Source of the DNA: Marsupella aquatica
Taxonomy: Eukaryota > Plantae > Marchantiophyta
DNA length: 64,000 nucleotides
Assembly: GCA_973895155.1 (NCBI GenBank)
Contig: OZ316895.1
Coordinates: 7,180,184 to 7,244,183 of the forward strand
Direction: 5' to 3'
Positions 36,773 through 51,800 of this stretch are shown here, one piece after another. Below the pieces are notes generated by a model. The model saw only the letters and a program-made list of their open reading frames with translations, was not told where the DNA came from and did not search any database. How positions within the stretch are numbered: position 1 is the stretch's first letter; the number at the start of each line of letters is the position of its first letter. The translations under genes were made by a program, and so were the position numbers.

Positions 36773-39700
36773 TTAAGCAGCAGCAGCAACCCCGTTCTCT
36801 TCAATCCCGTTCTCTTGTTGAAGTGTACATACAAGGTGTCGGTCACCATAGACGTTGTCCACACGCCCTGCGTACATATCAAGAACTCATTAACATTGGG
36901 CCTGTATCATTGCCAACCGACTAGGAGCTACCAGCCGAAAACGCCAAAAACGTACACAGAAGGTTCTAGTACACTAAGTTACATACCTGTTGTCGGCCAG
37001 AATTTGGATGCCTTGACCCACGGAGCAGGGAATCCAGCGACCTCCCGAGAGTAAGGTCTGGTCCAATCATCAGCCAGTAACACTGCCGCCGTGTGTGGTG
37101 CTCCCTGTACCAAGTATGACAAAAGAGTTACATTTCTAAATGTACATCCGAGCATTCCTTCGACCATGACAAATCTCTGAGTGTACGACTTGTACCACGA
37201 CTTCAAGCATGAAGAAGCCTACAACCAATTTATGTCTAGACGTCATTTAAAATCGGTGTAAACAATGGCTTATCTTGTGTACCTTGAGGACATTCACTTG
37301 AGGGCTTGCTCTCCCCTCTTCGATTGCTTTTATCTCTTCCCTGATTGATATCATGGCCTCGCAGAATCTGTCGAGCTCAGCCTGATGAGCAGAAGTCACG
37401 ACTTTGTTAATTCCCAGGAGGATCTACACTGCTAGCTCCTCAAAATTGACTTTCCAAACCATCTAAATTGCAAGGTGTAAATCTCTCATTCCAGCTGAAG
37501 CATAAAATTGGATGAGAGGAACAGCAGTCACGGACGATGACATGATCGTGAAGTGAATTGAGGACAGTTGGGGTCCACTGAGCACGTGGCATACCTTGCT
37601 TTCACTTTCTGTGGGTTCAATCATCAGAGTCCCAGCCACAGGCCAAGACATGGTGGGCGCATGGTAACCATAATCCTGAAGTCTTTTAGCCACATCCTCA
37701 GCTTCAACGCCAGCCGTGTCCTACGTAGACCACAAACTTACGATTGATTTTGCTACTCACACCCACACCCACGAAAACAGAAAAGCCCAAATTTGCAGAT
37801 TTGTGGCCAACATGAGCAAATCTATAAATCGGCACTTTTGAAACTTATCTATCAACAGTCCACAAAGATACAACGACAAACTGACATACCTTCAAGGGTC
37901 TCAGATCAATGATGAACTCGTGTGCACATGTACCAGCATCTCCCCGGAAGAGAACAGTGTAGTAGTCCTGCATTAAGTTGAGAGAGAATTTAGAATAACT
38001 GCAGGTTTCTAGGAGGAGCAAACAACTTTGTGAATCGACAACAAGCTCAAAGAGAGATCTTCGAAACCGGGCAGATGTGGACTGCCACAGCTGGATGGTG
38101 TGCCTAATCCAGCTTCTTGATAAAGATTGTACCTCAAGGCGCTTAGCCATGTAGTTGGCATTTAGAATGGCGATCTTTGATGCATCAGTTAGTCCTTGTC
38201 CACCCATCATGGCGATGTATGAGTAAGAAATTGGCAGAATCAAAGCAGATCCCCAAGGTGCAGCTGCAATAGCCCCCAGAGGTTCGACCTTCTCTGGCCT
38301 TGGATAACCACCAGTAGAAACCTGTCACAGAGGAAGCAGCCTACTTAGCGGCTCTCTTTCACACGCCCTCGTGGAAAGGATCAAACTCTGAAATCATAAA
38401 TCTTTGACGACAAGTCTGGACTCAGAAGTTGGTTCTGCTCCATGAAGTCTACTAGTTCTCGGGAGGAACCCTTAAAATTAAACAAATGAAGAGGCCGAAC
38501 TCGACGTACTCAAAGAAGACTCCAAACATAAAATGCCACATATGAATAAAGATGTCTTTAAGAGGAACACGAATAAATCGGCAATTAGTAACGGTCTAAA
38601 ACACCACTTACAACAGGATGAGATGGCAGGAATGGAGCGAGATGCTTCTTCACACCAATGGGACCCATGCCAGGGCCGCCTCCACCGTGAGGGATACAGA
38701 AAGTCTTGTGAAGATTCAAATGGCACACATCTGCTCCAATGTGTCCAGGACTCGTCAAGCCAACCTGTAAACGTTCATTGCGAATATTTCGGAGACCAGG
38801 GAGGTGGTGTTAGACAGCATAGTATATCTACGACACGGCCAGCACTATCACAGTCGCCGGGACTACACTTTGTGTTTCAGAACTGGACTCCCGGAAACGG
38901 GATTTATGATCAAAAGCAACCATTCACATCACACACTCTACAGTACAAAGCACGGGACTGTAGAACTGGAAAAACCTAGAAAATCGAAAAGGAAACCGGT
39001 CATCTGAAAAGTCGGTGTTGTCAGTGTTGCTCAAAGGTTGTTATCCTTAGCACATGAATGAATAAAAGAAAATTCTCTCTTACCTGAGCATTCATGTTCG
39101 CACCATCCATGTACACCTGGCCTCCATTCTCATGGATAATGTTGCAGATTTCATCCACTCCCTCTTCGTAAACACCATGAGTTGAGGGATATGTTATCTG
39201 TTACGAAACCAGTGGGCATCAAATTAATTCAAATTATAGGATTTCGTATCGTTCGGCGGAAACAACTGCTATTTCCGTTTTAAACCGACACTGACTACTT
39301 ATGTATCCGTGTTGAATATAATTGCAGTGTGAAATAGGGTTGAACTACTTGTTAAACCTTTCACATCCGTACTCCACTGTGGTCTACGGCTTTGAGTGAA
39401 GAGATACTTAGGAAAAGGACAAATTTCCATTTACGGTTTGGTTGACAGTGAGTATCTAAACGACTATGTCAAAATAAATATGAGAGAGAGAGAGAGAGAG
39501 AAAGAGAAAGCAACTGTCCAAAAATTAGCAGACAAGTTTACCATAAGAGCTGCCAAATCATTCTTGTGGGCTTCAGCCGCCTGTCGCAGCGCCCCAATAT
39601 CTACATTCCCCTTTGCATCAGTACCAACGGTCACAATCTTCATTCCACACATTGCGGCACTTGCAGGATTGGTGCCATGTGCTGACGTGGGTATAATGCA

Positions 39701-42700
39701 TACATTACGGTGATTATCTCCTCGACTCTGCATACAGACAGGGTCTTACTCGTAATCATTTCACACACGACAGACATCAAAAAATGCCGAGAATCTACTG
39801 TAATATAATGGTTCACACTGACTATCTGGGAGGAACGGACGTTACATCATGGTATGCGCGGATGACCATGAGCCCAGCATATTCTCCTGCAGCTCCTGCA
39901 TTCGGTTGAAGGGACATGGAATCGAAACCAGTGATCTCGCACAGAAAATCTCCCAAGTCAGCGAACATTTCCTGCAAAAACACAAGAACATTCAACACGA
40001 TTTAAAAGGGTAATTCACTGAACTAGAGAAGGTTGAAGGGCATTTAGTGTCAAGACCAAAACTCCTCTGCGGCTAACATAACGAATCTCTTCGACCAAAA
40101 TAAAATTTACTAGTCTTCCAACCCAGGTGCTCACAGATCACATCGTGAGTGTAATTTAGCAGCGGGAAGCAAATTCGTCATGCAAAGTTCTGCCAAAGGT
40201 TACCTGAAAGCCCGCTGTTTGCTCTATGGGAGCAAAAGGATGGAGGTTGGCGAACTCTGGCCACGTCACCGGAATCATCTCTACGGTGGAGTTCAGCTTC
40301 ATTGTGCAGGATCCGAGGGGAATCATGCTGTGGACCAAGGACAAGTCCTTCGCCTGTAGCCTATAAAGGTATCGCAACAGCTCATGCTCTGAGTGATATC
40401 TGCCAAAATCCGTTCACGACTGTCAATAAATGGATGTCCTTGAGAGTGAATTCTTGCCGTTCCAGTCAGGGTGAAATTAGACGACGAGTAAGCCGCAAAA
40501 CCCACATTGGTTCACCATGCAAGACTAGACTAGACTAGCAAGATTTCTTCCGATGTTAATACAAATTAGTATACTTACGAATTAAAGATAGGATGTGTCA
40601 TGTAAGGCGTCGTCCGCTGCACGGATTCAGGAATGTGAGATGCGGCTTCAGAAGCCAACGATTCAGCTGTAAAGTCGACCTGCAGCAGATATTCAACCCA
40701 CGTCGTGAGAACACAGTTCCAAACGAAGGGTCCAAAATTTAGACATGAACAAGTAGGCGGAAACAACAAGGTAGAGACAGCGGAATGCAAAGAGACAAAC
40801 GCAGAAAGACTTCTTCCACTTACAGATTTTCCTCCATTGAAAACAGTGAACAGGAGGTCCACATCGGCAACGGTGGAGACCTCATCAAACGCCACGGTGA
40901 TCTGCAAGAAACTAATAACGTCAAAGATGACAAACGTCCCTAACTTGGACCATATCTTTACAACACCAGAGGAGTCCTCCAAAGTAAAAGTCAAAAACTA
41001 CATTCAGCTAATATCATTAACCCACTAGGACATAGCCACTACGTATTTTCTCGAACTCTGGATCTCGTTTCTACCGAAAGGTACATGCCGATGACTCAAT
41101 CCACATACTCCCCGTCCAGTCCTCGTCCTGTTCATTTGCGAAGAATCAAAAGATCCTTCGTAGATGCGTGTAGGCAGCAAGACAAAATACCAAAACTCCC
41201 AAATGAGAATGTCCAGCCATATGTAAGAACCAGTTCCTACACCCGGGCCCCCAGCTTAAAAAAAATTGCGGCAGAATCTGTATTTTTGACAGTAGGGGTG
41301 ACGAGTCGAAACAAAAATATCATCATTTACAGGGACGAATCGAAACGATGAAACATCATCATTTACACCAAGTGAACACTGGTTGACGTCAGCTAGACTA
41401 CATAAAGAATATATTTCGAATAAAAAAGCCCCAAAGTAATCTCGAAACAGATTTTCTTGCGCACGTACTGAAATGGAAATTTCAGGACATGGACGTACTC
41501 CCCTAATCATGTTCCACCTGATGGGAGAAGAGCATGGTCAGACTACGGCTGTACCATAAGTGACAAGAAGTACAGGGACACAGGGCAATCTTACCGTGCT
41601 GGCGTCGAGCAGTCGCAGGTTGACGCCATGAGCATGGCCCAGCGCGACGAGATTAGGCGCCTGGCCCTCTGTGACAGTCACTCGCACGGTGTCAAAGAAT
41701 GGAGCTGTGCTAGCCGTTGCTCCACTCACCTTCGACACTCCATTAGCAAACACCGAGGCCAACCCGTGCACACGGTCTGCAATAACTTTCAGCCCCTCTG
41801 GCCCGTGATAAATGGCATACATGGCTGCCATATTCGCCAACAATGCCTAAGCTCATGACAACCAAAGGCACCATAAGTATCCGTCGCCAATATCAGTGTC
41901 CATCGATCTACCGTAGTAGAAAACAGGCAGCAATTGGACATAACCAAGGCAGTAGACACTTTCATTGGAGCCATAGAAGGTCAGCATAACGTTCTGGTGT
42001 TTGGGTCCTTGAAATGTAGAGACAACTAAACAGGGGTATGACTATCGGGTTTCTTGAACAGAGTCGGAACTAAGAGAACATTGACAGATTGAGTTGTACG
42101 TTTAGCAAGATACCTGAGCAGTACAAATGTTGCTCGTCGCTTTGTCTCGGCGGATATGCTGCTCACGAGTCTGCATTGCCATGCGGAGGGCAGGTTTACC
42201 ACCGGAATCAATAGTCACACCTATGATGCGCCCGGGCATCATTCGCTTGTACTCCTGGGAAGTGGCGAGAAATGCAGCGTGTGGACCTCCATATCCGAGG
42301 GGCACTCCGAATCTCTGAGCCGAGCCCACGGCCATGTCTGCCCCAAACTCTCCCGGGGGCTTCAAGGACGTGAGAGATAACAAGTCCGTGGCCATCACCA
42401 CCTTCACGCCATGAGCATGTGCTTGCTTGACGAGGTCGGCGTAGTCTATGATCTCACCGTCCGTAGCAGGGTATTGCACCAGCACTCCATTCACATCCTT
42501 GCTGCTGTAGTCGAACTCCGTCACCTTGGAAACAACCACATTGACTCCAAGGCCTGGGGCCCGCGTTTTGCATACATCAATGGTTTGGGGGTGGCAATTG
42601 TCCGCGATGAGGAACGTCTTCTTCTTCCCCCGGGCAATGCTCAACGTCATGCCCATGGCCTCCGCCGCGGCTGTGCCTTCGTCTAGGAGGGAAGCATTCG

Positions 42701-43361
42701 ACATCGGCATTCCTGTAAGATCAGTCACCAGGGTCTGGAAATTGAGCAGCGATTCGAGACGTCCTTGCGCGATCTCGGCCTGATAGGGAGTGTACTGTGT
42801 GTACCATCCGGGATTCTCCATGATGTTCCGCAGAATGACGGGAGGGACATATGTGTTGTAGTATCCCATTCCGATGAAGGTTTTGAAGACCTTGTTCTTG
42901 TCCGCAAGTTTCTTGAGCTGCTCCAACATCTGGCTCTCCGTGAGACCTTCATCGAACTTGCTCAATTTGAGCTGCTCTCGGACAATAGACTTCGGGACAG
43001 TGGCGTTGATCAACTGGTCCACGCTCTCGAAGCCGACATATTCCGCCATCTTCTGCTGCTCTTCCAAGGTCGGGCTGTTGTGCCTCCTCTGGAACGTATC
43101 GCTCGGCTGGAGCGCTGCCATGGAGATCGCCCTGACGCCCAGCGGCAAACGCATCTCTGCGGTGAAGACATCTTTCACTGCTGGTGAAGCTGATGGTCCA
43201 GTTCCTGCCCTTCTTCCATGAGCCAGGAACGAGTAGGATCGAGTCACCTGCCGTGAGCTGGTGCCATCGCTAGCACCAACATTGGCAAATCGTCTCTGCG
43301 CCCCGGCTGCACGAACCGCACGTTTCACACACGAACCCAAGCCATTCCTACCTGAAGACAT
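36773..43361 (-). CDS. GLDP: Glycine decarboxylase P protein (glycine cleavage system), mitochondrial, multi-exon
   Basis: [93 protein letters not shown] (PLP Lys), [28 protein letters not shown]. Stop TAA at 36773. Probable 5'UTR intron at ~43387-43466. Confidence 0.97.
39482..39507. repeat. (GA)n microsatellite in a GLDP intron
   Basis: gagagagagagagagagagaaagaga. Confidence 0.9.
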
Positions 43362-44091
43362 TTTCCCCTGCGTTCCTCCACTTCCCTGTAGCCGAACAAC
43401 CAAATCGAACCTCGACCCAAATTTTCCCTCAAATTCTCAACCGGTCTTTGTTCCAATCACCTACCTCCAATGTCAAGTCAATCCACAGAAAACAAGAACA
43501 AGATGAGTCGAGCTTCGGCAAAATTTGACAGCAGCTCTCTCAGTGGTCACGTCGTCGTCTTACCACCTCTGACGAATTGGGAATTGTTACGATCCACGGC
43601 GAGCGGGCGAGCAGTTCTGCTGCAGCAGCTCGCGCGCGAAGAACTTCCTCCACGCAGGAACCGCAGCGCAAAGCTACGGTGAGCTCTTCGGAGCAGGATT
43701 CGCAGCAGCGCCCAGGGCCTGGAGAACCTCTTATGGCGGACCGACAGCCACTCGATCTCGCTCGCTCTCCGAACCAAGCAAAGCAAAGCAAAGCACGGCG
43801 AGGCAAGGCAAGCACGAAGCTGGCTGGCAGGACGACCACGCTCCTCCTCGCCTGGCGCCCTGGCCTATTGGCCTTGCGCTTGGGCTTGGGCTTCGGCTTG
43901 GGCTTGGTGGGCCTGGCCTGGCCTGGCTTGGCCTGTGTCTGTGGTTGGCCTGTGATGACTGGCGGTGCCGGCGATAAGCGAATTCCGACCAGGAAAAATG
44001 GATCCGTCATCCCATCCTGAAGTTTCCAGTTTGAATCCGTGCTTTTCGGATCATTCTTTGGTGCTCGCGTTTGGCTGGGGGGAGTGGGGTG

Positions 44092-44225
44092 GCTGGATGG
44101 GGTCCCATCCTGTTATTTTCCGCAATATTACTTTTTAGCTTTATAAAAACTACTGTACAGTGCTCTGGATGGGTCCCATATTGTTATTTCCGTAATGATA
44201 ATCATTTTTATAAAAACTACAGTAG
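44092..44225. repeat. Two diverged ~70-bp direct repeats upstream of GLDP
   Basis: ctggatggg.tcccat..tgttattt.ccg.aat...tttataaaaactac occurs twice. Confidence 0.7.
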
Positions 44226-47200
44226 TTCAATGTCAATGCGTGTACAGTGGTCGGTCACCGTTGTTGCCATTTTATCGTGATAGAAATTATTTTTGGATAG
44301 CACAGCAGTTGCGAGAAGAAAGTACTGCCTGGCGTCCGGCGAATTATTATTAAGAATATAGTAAGCCCCAGCAAACCATGGCACCCAGATCTTGAAGGGT
44401 TGTTTTATGTTATTGCCATAATAATAATGCACCCTCAAGATTTGGATCTCCTCATCATGATTTGTTCTGCTGTCTGTTTTCTAAAAATCTCTTCCTACGG
44501 TCCTGTTACCATAGCATTGTGGGATAATAGCCCTTCAAGACTCGAACAGGAATTCTTGTTTTGCAGGGCATTTCCGCATCTCAAAGCTACAAACGATAGG
44601 TTTTGGTCATAAGCAAATTATCATAATTTTTTCAGATGGTCAAATTATCAAATTATCATTTTATTTGTCTTCCCTAGTCTCAATAGTGATCGATGGTCAC
44701 TGCATATGACCAATCTTGATAGCAAAAAATTATGAACTGTAAATTTGGTAGTCCAAAAGTTTTTTTGTAAGTTGTTTTGTACCTGGCGCTAATTACTAAG
44801 GTCCATCAAATTTGAAACTCTGAGATGCCCTTTTATATAGCCCACAATTGCCTGAAACAAAGTTTTACTGTAAACAAAAAATAGTGCACAATCTGAAACC
44901 TCTTGGTCCCGCTGTCCATCTTCACAACGGAGCTTCATTATTTTGTTCTTTTCGGTCGTTACGGGATTAGTGGATTACAAACTAAAATCTCATTTTCTTC
45001 CTCTATGGAGAGTCAGTCATGGAATCGTTGGTCCGTACAGACAAGTCAAAGTGATATATTATTGCTCGCTAAAATTTATAAAAAACTGGAAAGTTTGCGG
45101 ATATCCAATCAGCGTTGTTCCTGCGGAGCAGTAATGAAATGCAAGGGGCCGGCATTGAAGGAACACCAACGTGCAAGTAGGAAATTAGGAATATTTTATA
45201 TCGAAAATAAATTGGGTAGGGGAAAATCACTAAGGACAGTGCATGGGCTCTAACTTGTTGACCGCCCACGTCAGGGAGTGCATGAGGGTCTGAGGGAGAA
45301 GAATGATGGGTCAGAAAACGAGCGTACCGTAATCCTCGGCAGGAGGGCTTGGATTGGTGGAGGTTGGAGATTTAGAGACTGGCGACTTTTACAACCACTA
45401 ATGATGAGCCTGGGAAGAAACACCGCTAAAGACTTGATGGGGCCCTGTCCCAATGGACTGTACACACTTTTAGTGAGAGTCACCCTGGTTCCAAACTGGG
45501 GGGACTTTACGAGAATGACACAACTTACAGTCATCCTACCTTTAGCGAGGTCACCCAGGTTCGTAATTGAAGGGCACTTTACAAGCATGAGCCCGACTTC
45601 CAAAGGGGATGACGAATGGGCCAGTGGCCAAAATGTTACTTGATTTGCAACATAGCTTTTTCCTTCTCCCTTTTTTTAATGGAAACCTGTGAAACTCCAC
45701 ACAATGGAACAATCAGCCAACATTTGAACCCTAGATTTATGAGTCTCACCTCTAGTGAGCTACTACACACCCATGCCTCCCTAGGCAAAGTGTGGGCTTT
45801 TAGTCTGGCCGAGAGTTTGTGGACAGACCGCTTGTCATCTTCCATCACATCTATAGCTTTTATGACACCTCTCAAAGTTGCTCCCCGTGTTCACTTGTGC
45901 CCAAAATGCAAGACCCGGCCCTAGTTTTGGCCTTGTCAGGAGCCCAGATGGCTATCGAGACACTCAAACTTTGAGATGCCCCAATATATTTGCAGCTGAT
46001 ACATGGCATAATCCTAGTTTTCTACATGGAAACCCCAAAGAGTTGTACTCACTAAGTTATGGAAAAGGGTCATGCTTTGGATTGGAGCTGTTTGTCTTCT
46101 TTTTTTCCCTGAAAGTTGAAAGCACACCCATCCAACAGAGGATAGACGTGCTCCGGAGCATGCAATTTTATGTAGGGGAGTCACAAGGGGACTATACCCA
46201 GGGACCCAGATCAGGAGGGAGAGAGGGCTGAACCAGGGCCCCAAAGCGGACCAGCCAGGGGCTGAGGAGAAACCAGGACTCCCACCACTACACCCCACCC
46301 ACACATACACACACATATCCTCCATGCCCCTTGCGTGTGGAACTGTTCTTTCGTGTTGGCCATGTCTCTTAAGTAGAACTCGTTGTGGTTAAGTACTTGC
46401 TCCATAATGAGGGAAACACGAAACACTAAAAATAAGAATGAGTTTAGTGAGGGTTTCCCCTCAAGCAGGTTGCATGGCTTGAAGGTTCCCTTTTGAATTA
46501 AAAAATGCAACTTACATGACTTTTTCTTTAAAGAAATTATGAAACATACCAATAACATGACTTTTGATATTGAAGTGGCCCAAACCCCACTTGACTGAAA
46601 ATATCTTCTCTAACAGAATTGAGAACTGAGCTTCCTTTTGCATGGCAATATTCTAGGCCTATCATGAGTTGCCCACCAGAATGTACAGCAGCGCAATGAA
46701 AAATTCCAACTCTCATGTGATATTTTCGCTCATGTCACATAAAATGTATATGTATGTATATCAAGTATAAAAAACAAAGTATATTTACTTACAGTGCCAA
46801 ACAAATTACAATTAGGAATTGGCAATAAGAGGTCCAAAGCAAACAAAATACCAAATTCAAAGAGGAGTCCAAACTGAAAGTAACCCCAAAACCTACAAAG
46901 CAGAAAAGGAAAAATGGGGAAAAGATCTACCGGTGATATAGTGTGATGAGCTAACGGGACACATGTACACTATAGTGGGATGAGCTAAAGGTTTACATCT
47001 AGTGTTGTAACCAAGTCTACAAGTGAGACACGGATGTCCTCTAAGGGGGCAAAAGTCACTGCAAAGGCGCACTAGGACCCACTCAAGATGTACGATAGAT
47101 TGCTCCAGTGTGAGCACGCTGTAGCATCACTGAAATTTTTTCACAAAAGTGCATGATCAAAACAAAGGTCTAATGGAACCGGTCTATCTGTACGTGAATG

Positions 47201-48874
47201 TTGTAAACTGCCTGTCAAAGGAGCCCATGTATCAAAGTGATAATGGAGTCTCTCAAATATCTGAATAGCAAAGGGATGAAGCTATTTGATGACAATTGTG
47301 GTGCATATCTTGCCTCTTTTGGTTGTTGCTGTTCATGCCGCTCCTATCCCAATAATGCCCAGATGCAAAGGGTTGGTCACCACCACATCAGCTAAGGTCT
47401 GCCTGTCTTCTCGTACCATGATAAGATCAGCGTGTAATCTTTTGTGGTGGAGGACCAGGCTTGGGACCAGGCAAACTAAGCACCACCTCCCACCACACGT
47501 GTACCAAACTCATGTAACATCTTTTTTGGCATCAGTAACAACTATGATCTCCACCTATACTACATCGAATAAGATTAACCCTTATGTCATCACAAGGCTT
47601 CCCAAAGATTGCGCAAGAAGTATTAAGGCTCACAAGAAGGGGATGGGTAACCCAATATGAATACCTGTGGCTGTTAAAAACTACTCTGAAGATATCTGCA
47701 TGTGAGGGTTGACAGGATTGGCCCGAAGCTAATTCCATGTGCCCTTCCCTCCTGAAGAAAAAATCCAAGCTCAATTCATTATCGGTGCCTTGACTAGGAT
47801 GCTAGATAGGATGAAAGTTGCATACATTTGCCAAGGTCAATTTGAAGACAAATAGTGTCCAAGGACAAAAAGTCTGAAATAAAGCTAACACATCTCAAAC
47901 CTGATCTGGTAGTGATGACCAAGCTGCTTGCACATAAACCTGGAATGCAAGGGAACCCTCCTCAACTTCCATGACACACAAAAGAAAGTGAAATGATTAG
48001 TATTATTACTTTTTGGTGCTAAGAGAAATCAGCAAGCTAATGAGAGGGTCCGAACTCCTCACCTAGGGTTGGAAAATTCTATGATCAATGATTTTCTGTA
48101 CCATTGAAAAAATTTGGATAAATGTGAAGACCATGCCATCTGATGTTGCAGTTGCGTTCGACTTTTTGCTTTATCCCTTGAACTGAGATTCCAGGATCTT
48201 CTGTAGCTTTTTCTATGTTATTCCAGGTTCCTCTTATATTACCGTTTCTACTAAATTGAGCCCAACCTCAATCTTGAAACATACTGTACTCTGTCAGGCA
48301 TCAGCGGTGGAGACTTCTTTTTTTATTAAATCGGAAACCACCTTAAAGCGAGCCGCCCAATTGGCTTGCAGGCGCAAGAAACCCAAGTTCTATATTTTTG
48401 TTCCTTTTGATGTGAATTCCTACAACCACTACAAGCAGTCTTAGTGCATAGCATATATTAACGGATTATTTGGAGCAAAACCCATGTTGCATCCAGAAGC
48501 ATAATTGTCTAGTCAAAGATTGAAATTTGAGAATCTGGTGCAATATCCCTTTCCTGTGTCTGAGGCTTTAACTAACCTATGGTTACATTTGATATTAATG
48601 GGTTCTGTTGCTTCTGCAAGGATTTGTCGATAAATAACCAATAATCATCTCCTCTATGCAACAGTTTTTTAGCAAACAGCAACCATCTGGCAATGTATCC
48701 ATTTCTCATACTTACCAAATCAAGGGTTTTCCTGGGCTTCAGTTGGGAGGATGGTTGCACAGCCTGCTTACTCGGGCTCGGTTTCCCTCCCTATTGTAAA
48801 TAAATAAATAAACCATGAGTGACCTCTATGCAAGTAATCATGAGTCCCTTGATATGGTAATTGAGGCAGGAGAA

Positions 48875-48899
48875 ACACACACACACACACACACACACA
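48875..48899. repeat. (AC)n microsatellite
   Basis: About 12 AC units. Confidence 0.9.
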
Positions 48900-51800
48900 T
48901 GTAGAAGGGTGACCTCTGCTTTGTCAATGGTCATTATCTTATTGACTACAGTCGCTAACACACCAAGTATCGTTAACTACAAGTAAAATCTAAAAATAAT
49001 CTGAATGACTCATAATACTCCCTTCTTAAGAAAATTCCACATGTTATGTTTGGAAGATTAAAACGAGATTGAATTAGTCAGAGTGGTGGTAACCTGGTTG
49101 CTTAAGGAAACTTGCACCACACTCCATCTTTTCTCCCTTTACAGTGGCTCCCTTTTGTCTATAAATGTGGCATATACTTGAAACTAGGGATCTATGCATC
49201 ATTCTGCAAAAATATTACCTGGGCTAGGCAAGGGCATGCTAGATTCTACAGGATTCTATCTGATTAGGAGTAACTTGGTAATGTTCCACCAACGCTATGT
49301 GTTCTTCCTAAATGGGGTCCCTGTTCTGAATATTGACTAGTATTGGAGTCTGACATACGGCCTGAACCTATTTGTTCTTGAAAGGGATGCAATGCATGAT
49401 GCCTTTCGCTTTGAAATTTTGGGTGCTTTATGGAAACTAATTCCAGAATTTGCAATGGGATAAAATGAAACTTCTCCTTTACTACATGATAGTGAAAATA
49501 AAATTCTCTGAGGCTTTTAAGTGTATAAACGGCTTCTCGGGAGGGCATTATGGGCAATGTCCCTCAGAACTCAAGCTAAAGTTCTTGTATTAAAGTTCAC
49601 CAGTGTCATTTGAAGGCTCATAAATTACGGCTCCTATGTGGACTCATGACATATCTGTTGTGGGGGGCTGACCCTGATCCATTCTCAGCCCAAAGCGTTT
49701 GATTGGTGACCCTCAGGTCCGCTTGGACAGCTTCCAGCACCACGATGTAACGTACGTCAGGGTTGGCATGTGCTCTGGTGAGTTTTTCTGCTCTGTGTCC
49801 TGTTGGTCTTTGCTGCAACAGGCTTTGGAATACAATGTGCATATAGGCACCTTTAACATTAAATTTGTAACAACTATCTAATCCAATAGTACGTGGTGCC
49901 CCAAGAGCAACATGTTTGTGAAAGCCTTCCCAACGGCAAGATACCTTCTCACATGCGTATCAAAGAGTTACTATTCTCAACTATCATGAATCACACAAGC
50001 CATGGGTTGTTCTGGAAAAAAAGCAGAAGCGCCCGGGCTCCATACTTCTGTGTCACATGCTAATGGACACGAGGAGGTGACAAGATATTCACAGTTTAAG
50101 CCATTGAGCCTCAATATGGCATCCATGGCTAATAAGGGTGGCTTTACAAGAAGTTGGGGGCAGTGTCCCTTTTTTTTTGGTCTCCAAGATCTGGTCAGAG
50201 CCATCCATTTTGGGAAAAACTGCTGCTGTTCACTTTACAAAACGTGGGGGGGCACTTTCAACCAAACCTGTTACCAATCCTACATGGAATGTAATGAGAC
50301 CCAATTTTTGCTTGTGTGGAGCACTCTTTTGTGGTAGATTTTAGACCACCTCAGTTGGATGGAGGTCTCTTCTTCTGGACTTTTGGTCCATTTCTATTTT
50401 AAGTCATTTGCATTAAAGAGGGACCCACCAGTCCTTCATAAAATATTCTTGTCTCACCTCTAGAAAGACTTTAGCCAAAGACTATGTGACTTTCAGGTGA
50501 AGTGGGTACTCAATTTGTCTTTTAGTATATTGATCTAGCACCATTGGTTGCACTTGGCTTTACAAGACCTTAGGGGCAATAAAAGGATTCAAAAAAATGC
50601 TTCTAGCCCAGTGACACTATATGTATTGTGTGCAATGGCACTCACGTTTGCTTTGGTGAAAAAAACTCCCAAATGCTCCCATGTCTTGGAAAGTACTCCT
50701 AATGCTAGGCTAATGGATAGGAGGAGGAGATAAGATAATCAGTGATTGCCAAGTGGGACGCTGTTCGTCCAGTAGTTCTGGATGGAAAGGGTGCTTTCGC
50801 ATCTCCCTGTCCTGGACAACCACAAGAAACTTAACTTCATTCTAAATTGAATAAAATCTCACACAATCTTGGGACATTTATCATCATTCAGTCCACTCGA
50901 TGGATAAGGATTCAGAACCAACCTGACAAGTGGGCTTAAATATCTACTGTAATACTCACCAAACTACCAAAGTCAGCTATGTTCATTTTAGTGACTCGGA
51001 CTATATTAGGACAAGATCATGAGATTACCACAACAGTGTTCTAGTCCTATCCAAAACACGGCTGACGACGGACCAGAAATCATTGTACAGTTGATAGACG
51101 CGTGGATTTACGTGACATGGGAACCTGTTGTGGGAAAGGATCCTTTGAAATTCGTGAAATAGACTATTGTGCGTTGATTGCGAGTGTTCGAGAGAATGTT
51201 CGTATATGAATAGTCACCGAGTGCGCAATCTCCCGTCATTTAGACGGAATCTGTCAGCGAATTCTCGATTGTAACAATTGGATACAATGATGCCCTTGAA
51301 TTGTCATAATTTTCGTACGTAGTTGTTCTCTTGCTACAACTACTTAAGGTAGCACCGATTTTGATTTTATTCAATTCAGATGCATGAGAACAGAATCAGG
51401 ACCGTGCTCAGAATAAACGTGTATTCAATTCCCAAGAATGGATACAGAATCGAGACGGTGCTGAGAAGAAACGAGTGCTCATAAACGAATTATAATTCTG
51501 CAGGAGATATGGACCATTTGAAACAACTCATTTCCAGCGCTGTTTTTGTCAGTATCGAACGAAACTCTCATAAGAACTTTCTCATCCTGGAGGCCTGACA
51601 TGAAATTGTCTAAAGCTACCGTCGCAGGAGCAGAAAAGTAAAAGTAACCACCCGCAATCGATGGATATTTTACGAGCAACGAGCAGCTTGCTCACTTATG
51701 TCAGTGCCGAAGTCATGAATACGTTGGTGACTTCATTCATGCCCGAATTCATGATTTCTGCTCAAAACTCTTTGGCATTTATCACCAATGTTCGTTCTAT

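Noticed and set aside
42127-43506. Several + strand ORFs
   Set aside because: Antisense shadows of the GC-rich first coding exon of GLDP.
43540-44020. Overlapping 147-156-aa ORFs on both strands
   Set aside because: Low-complexity GC-rich promoter/5'UTR of GLDP (ggcct/ggctt repeats) with no recognisable domain.
45270-50800. Possible LINE ORF1/ORF2 remnants (e.g. NILATGPFVI at ~45630)
   Set aside because: Only faint resemblance, with no diagnostic endonuclease or RT motif readable. Left unannotated.
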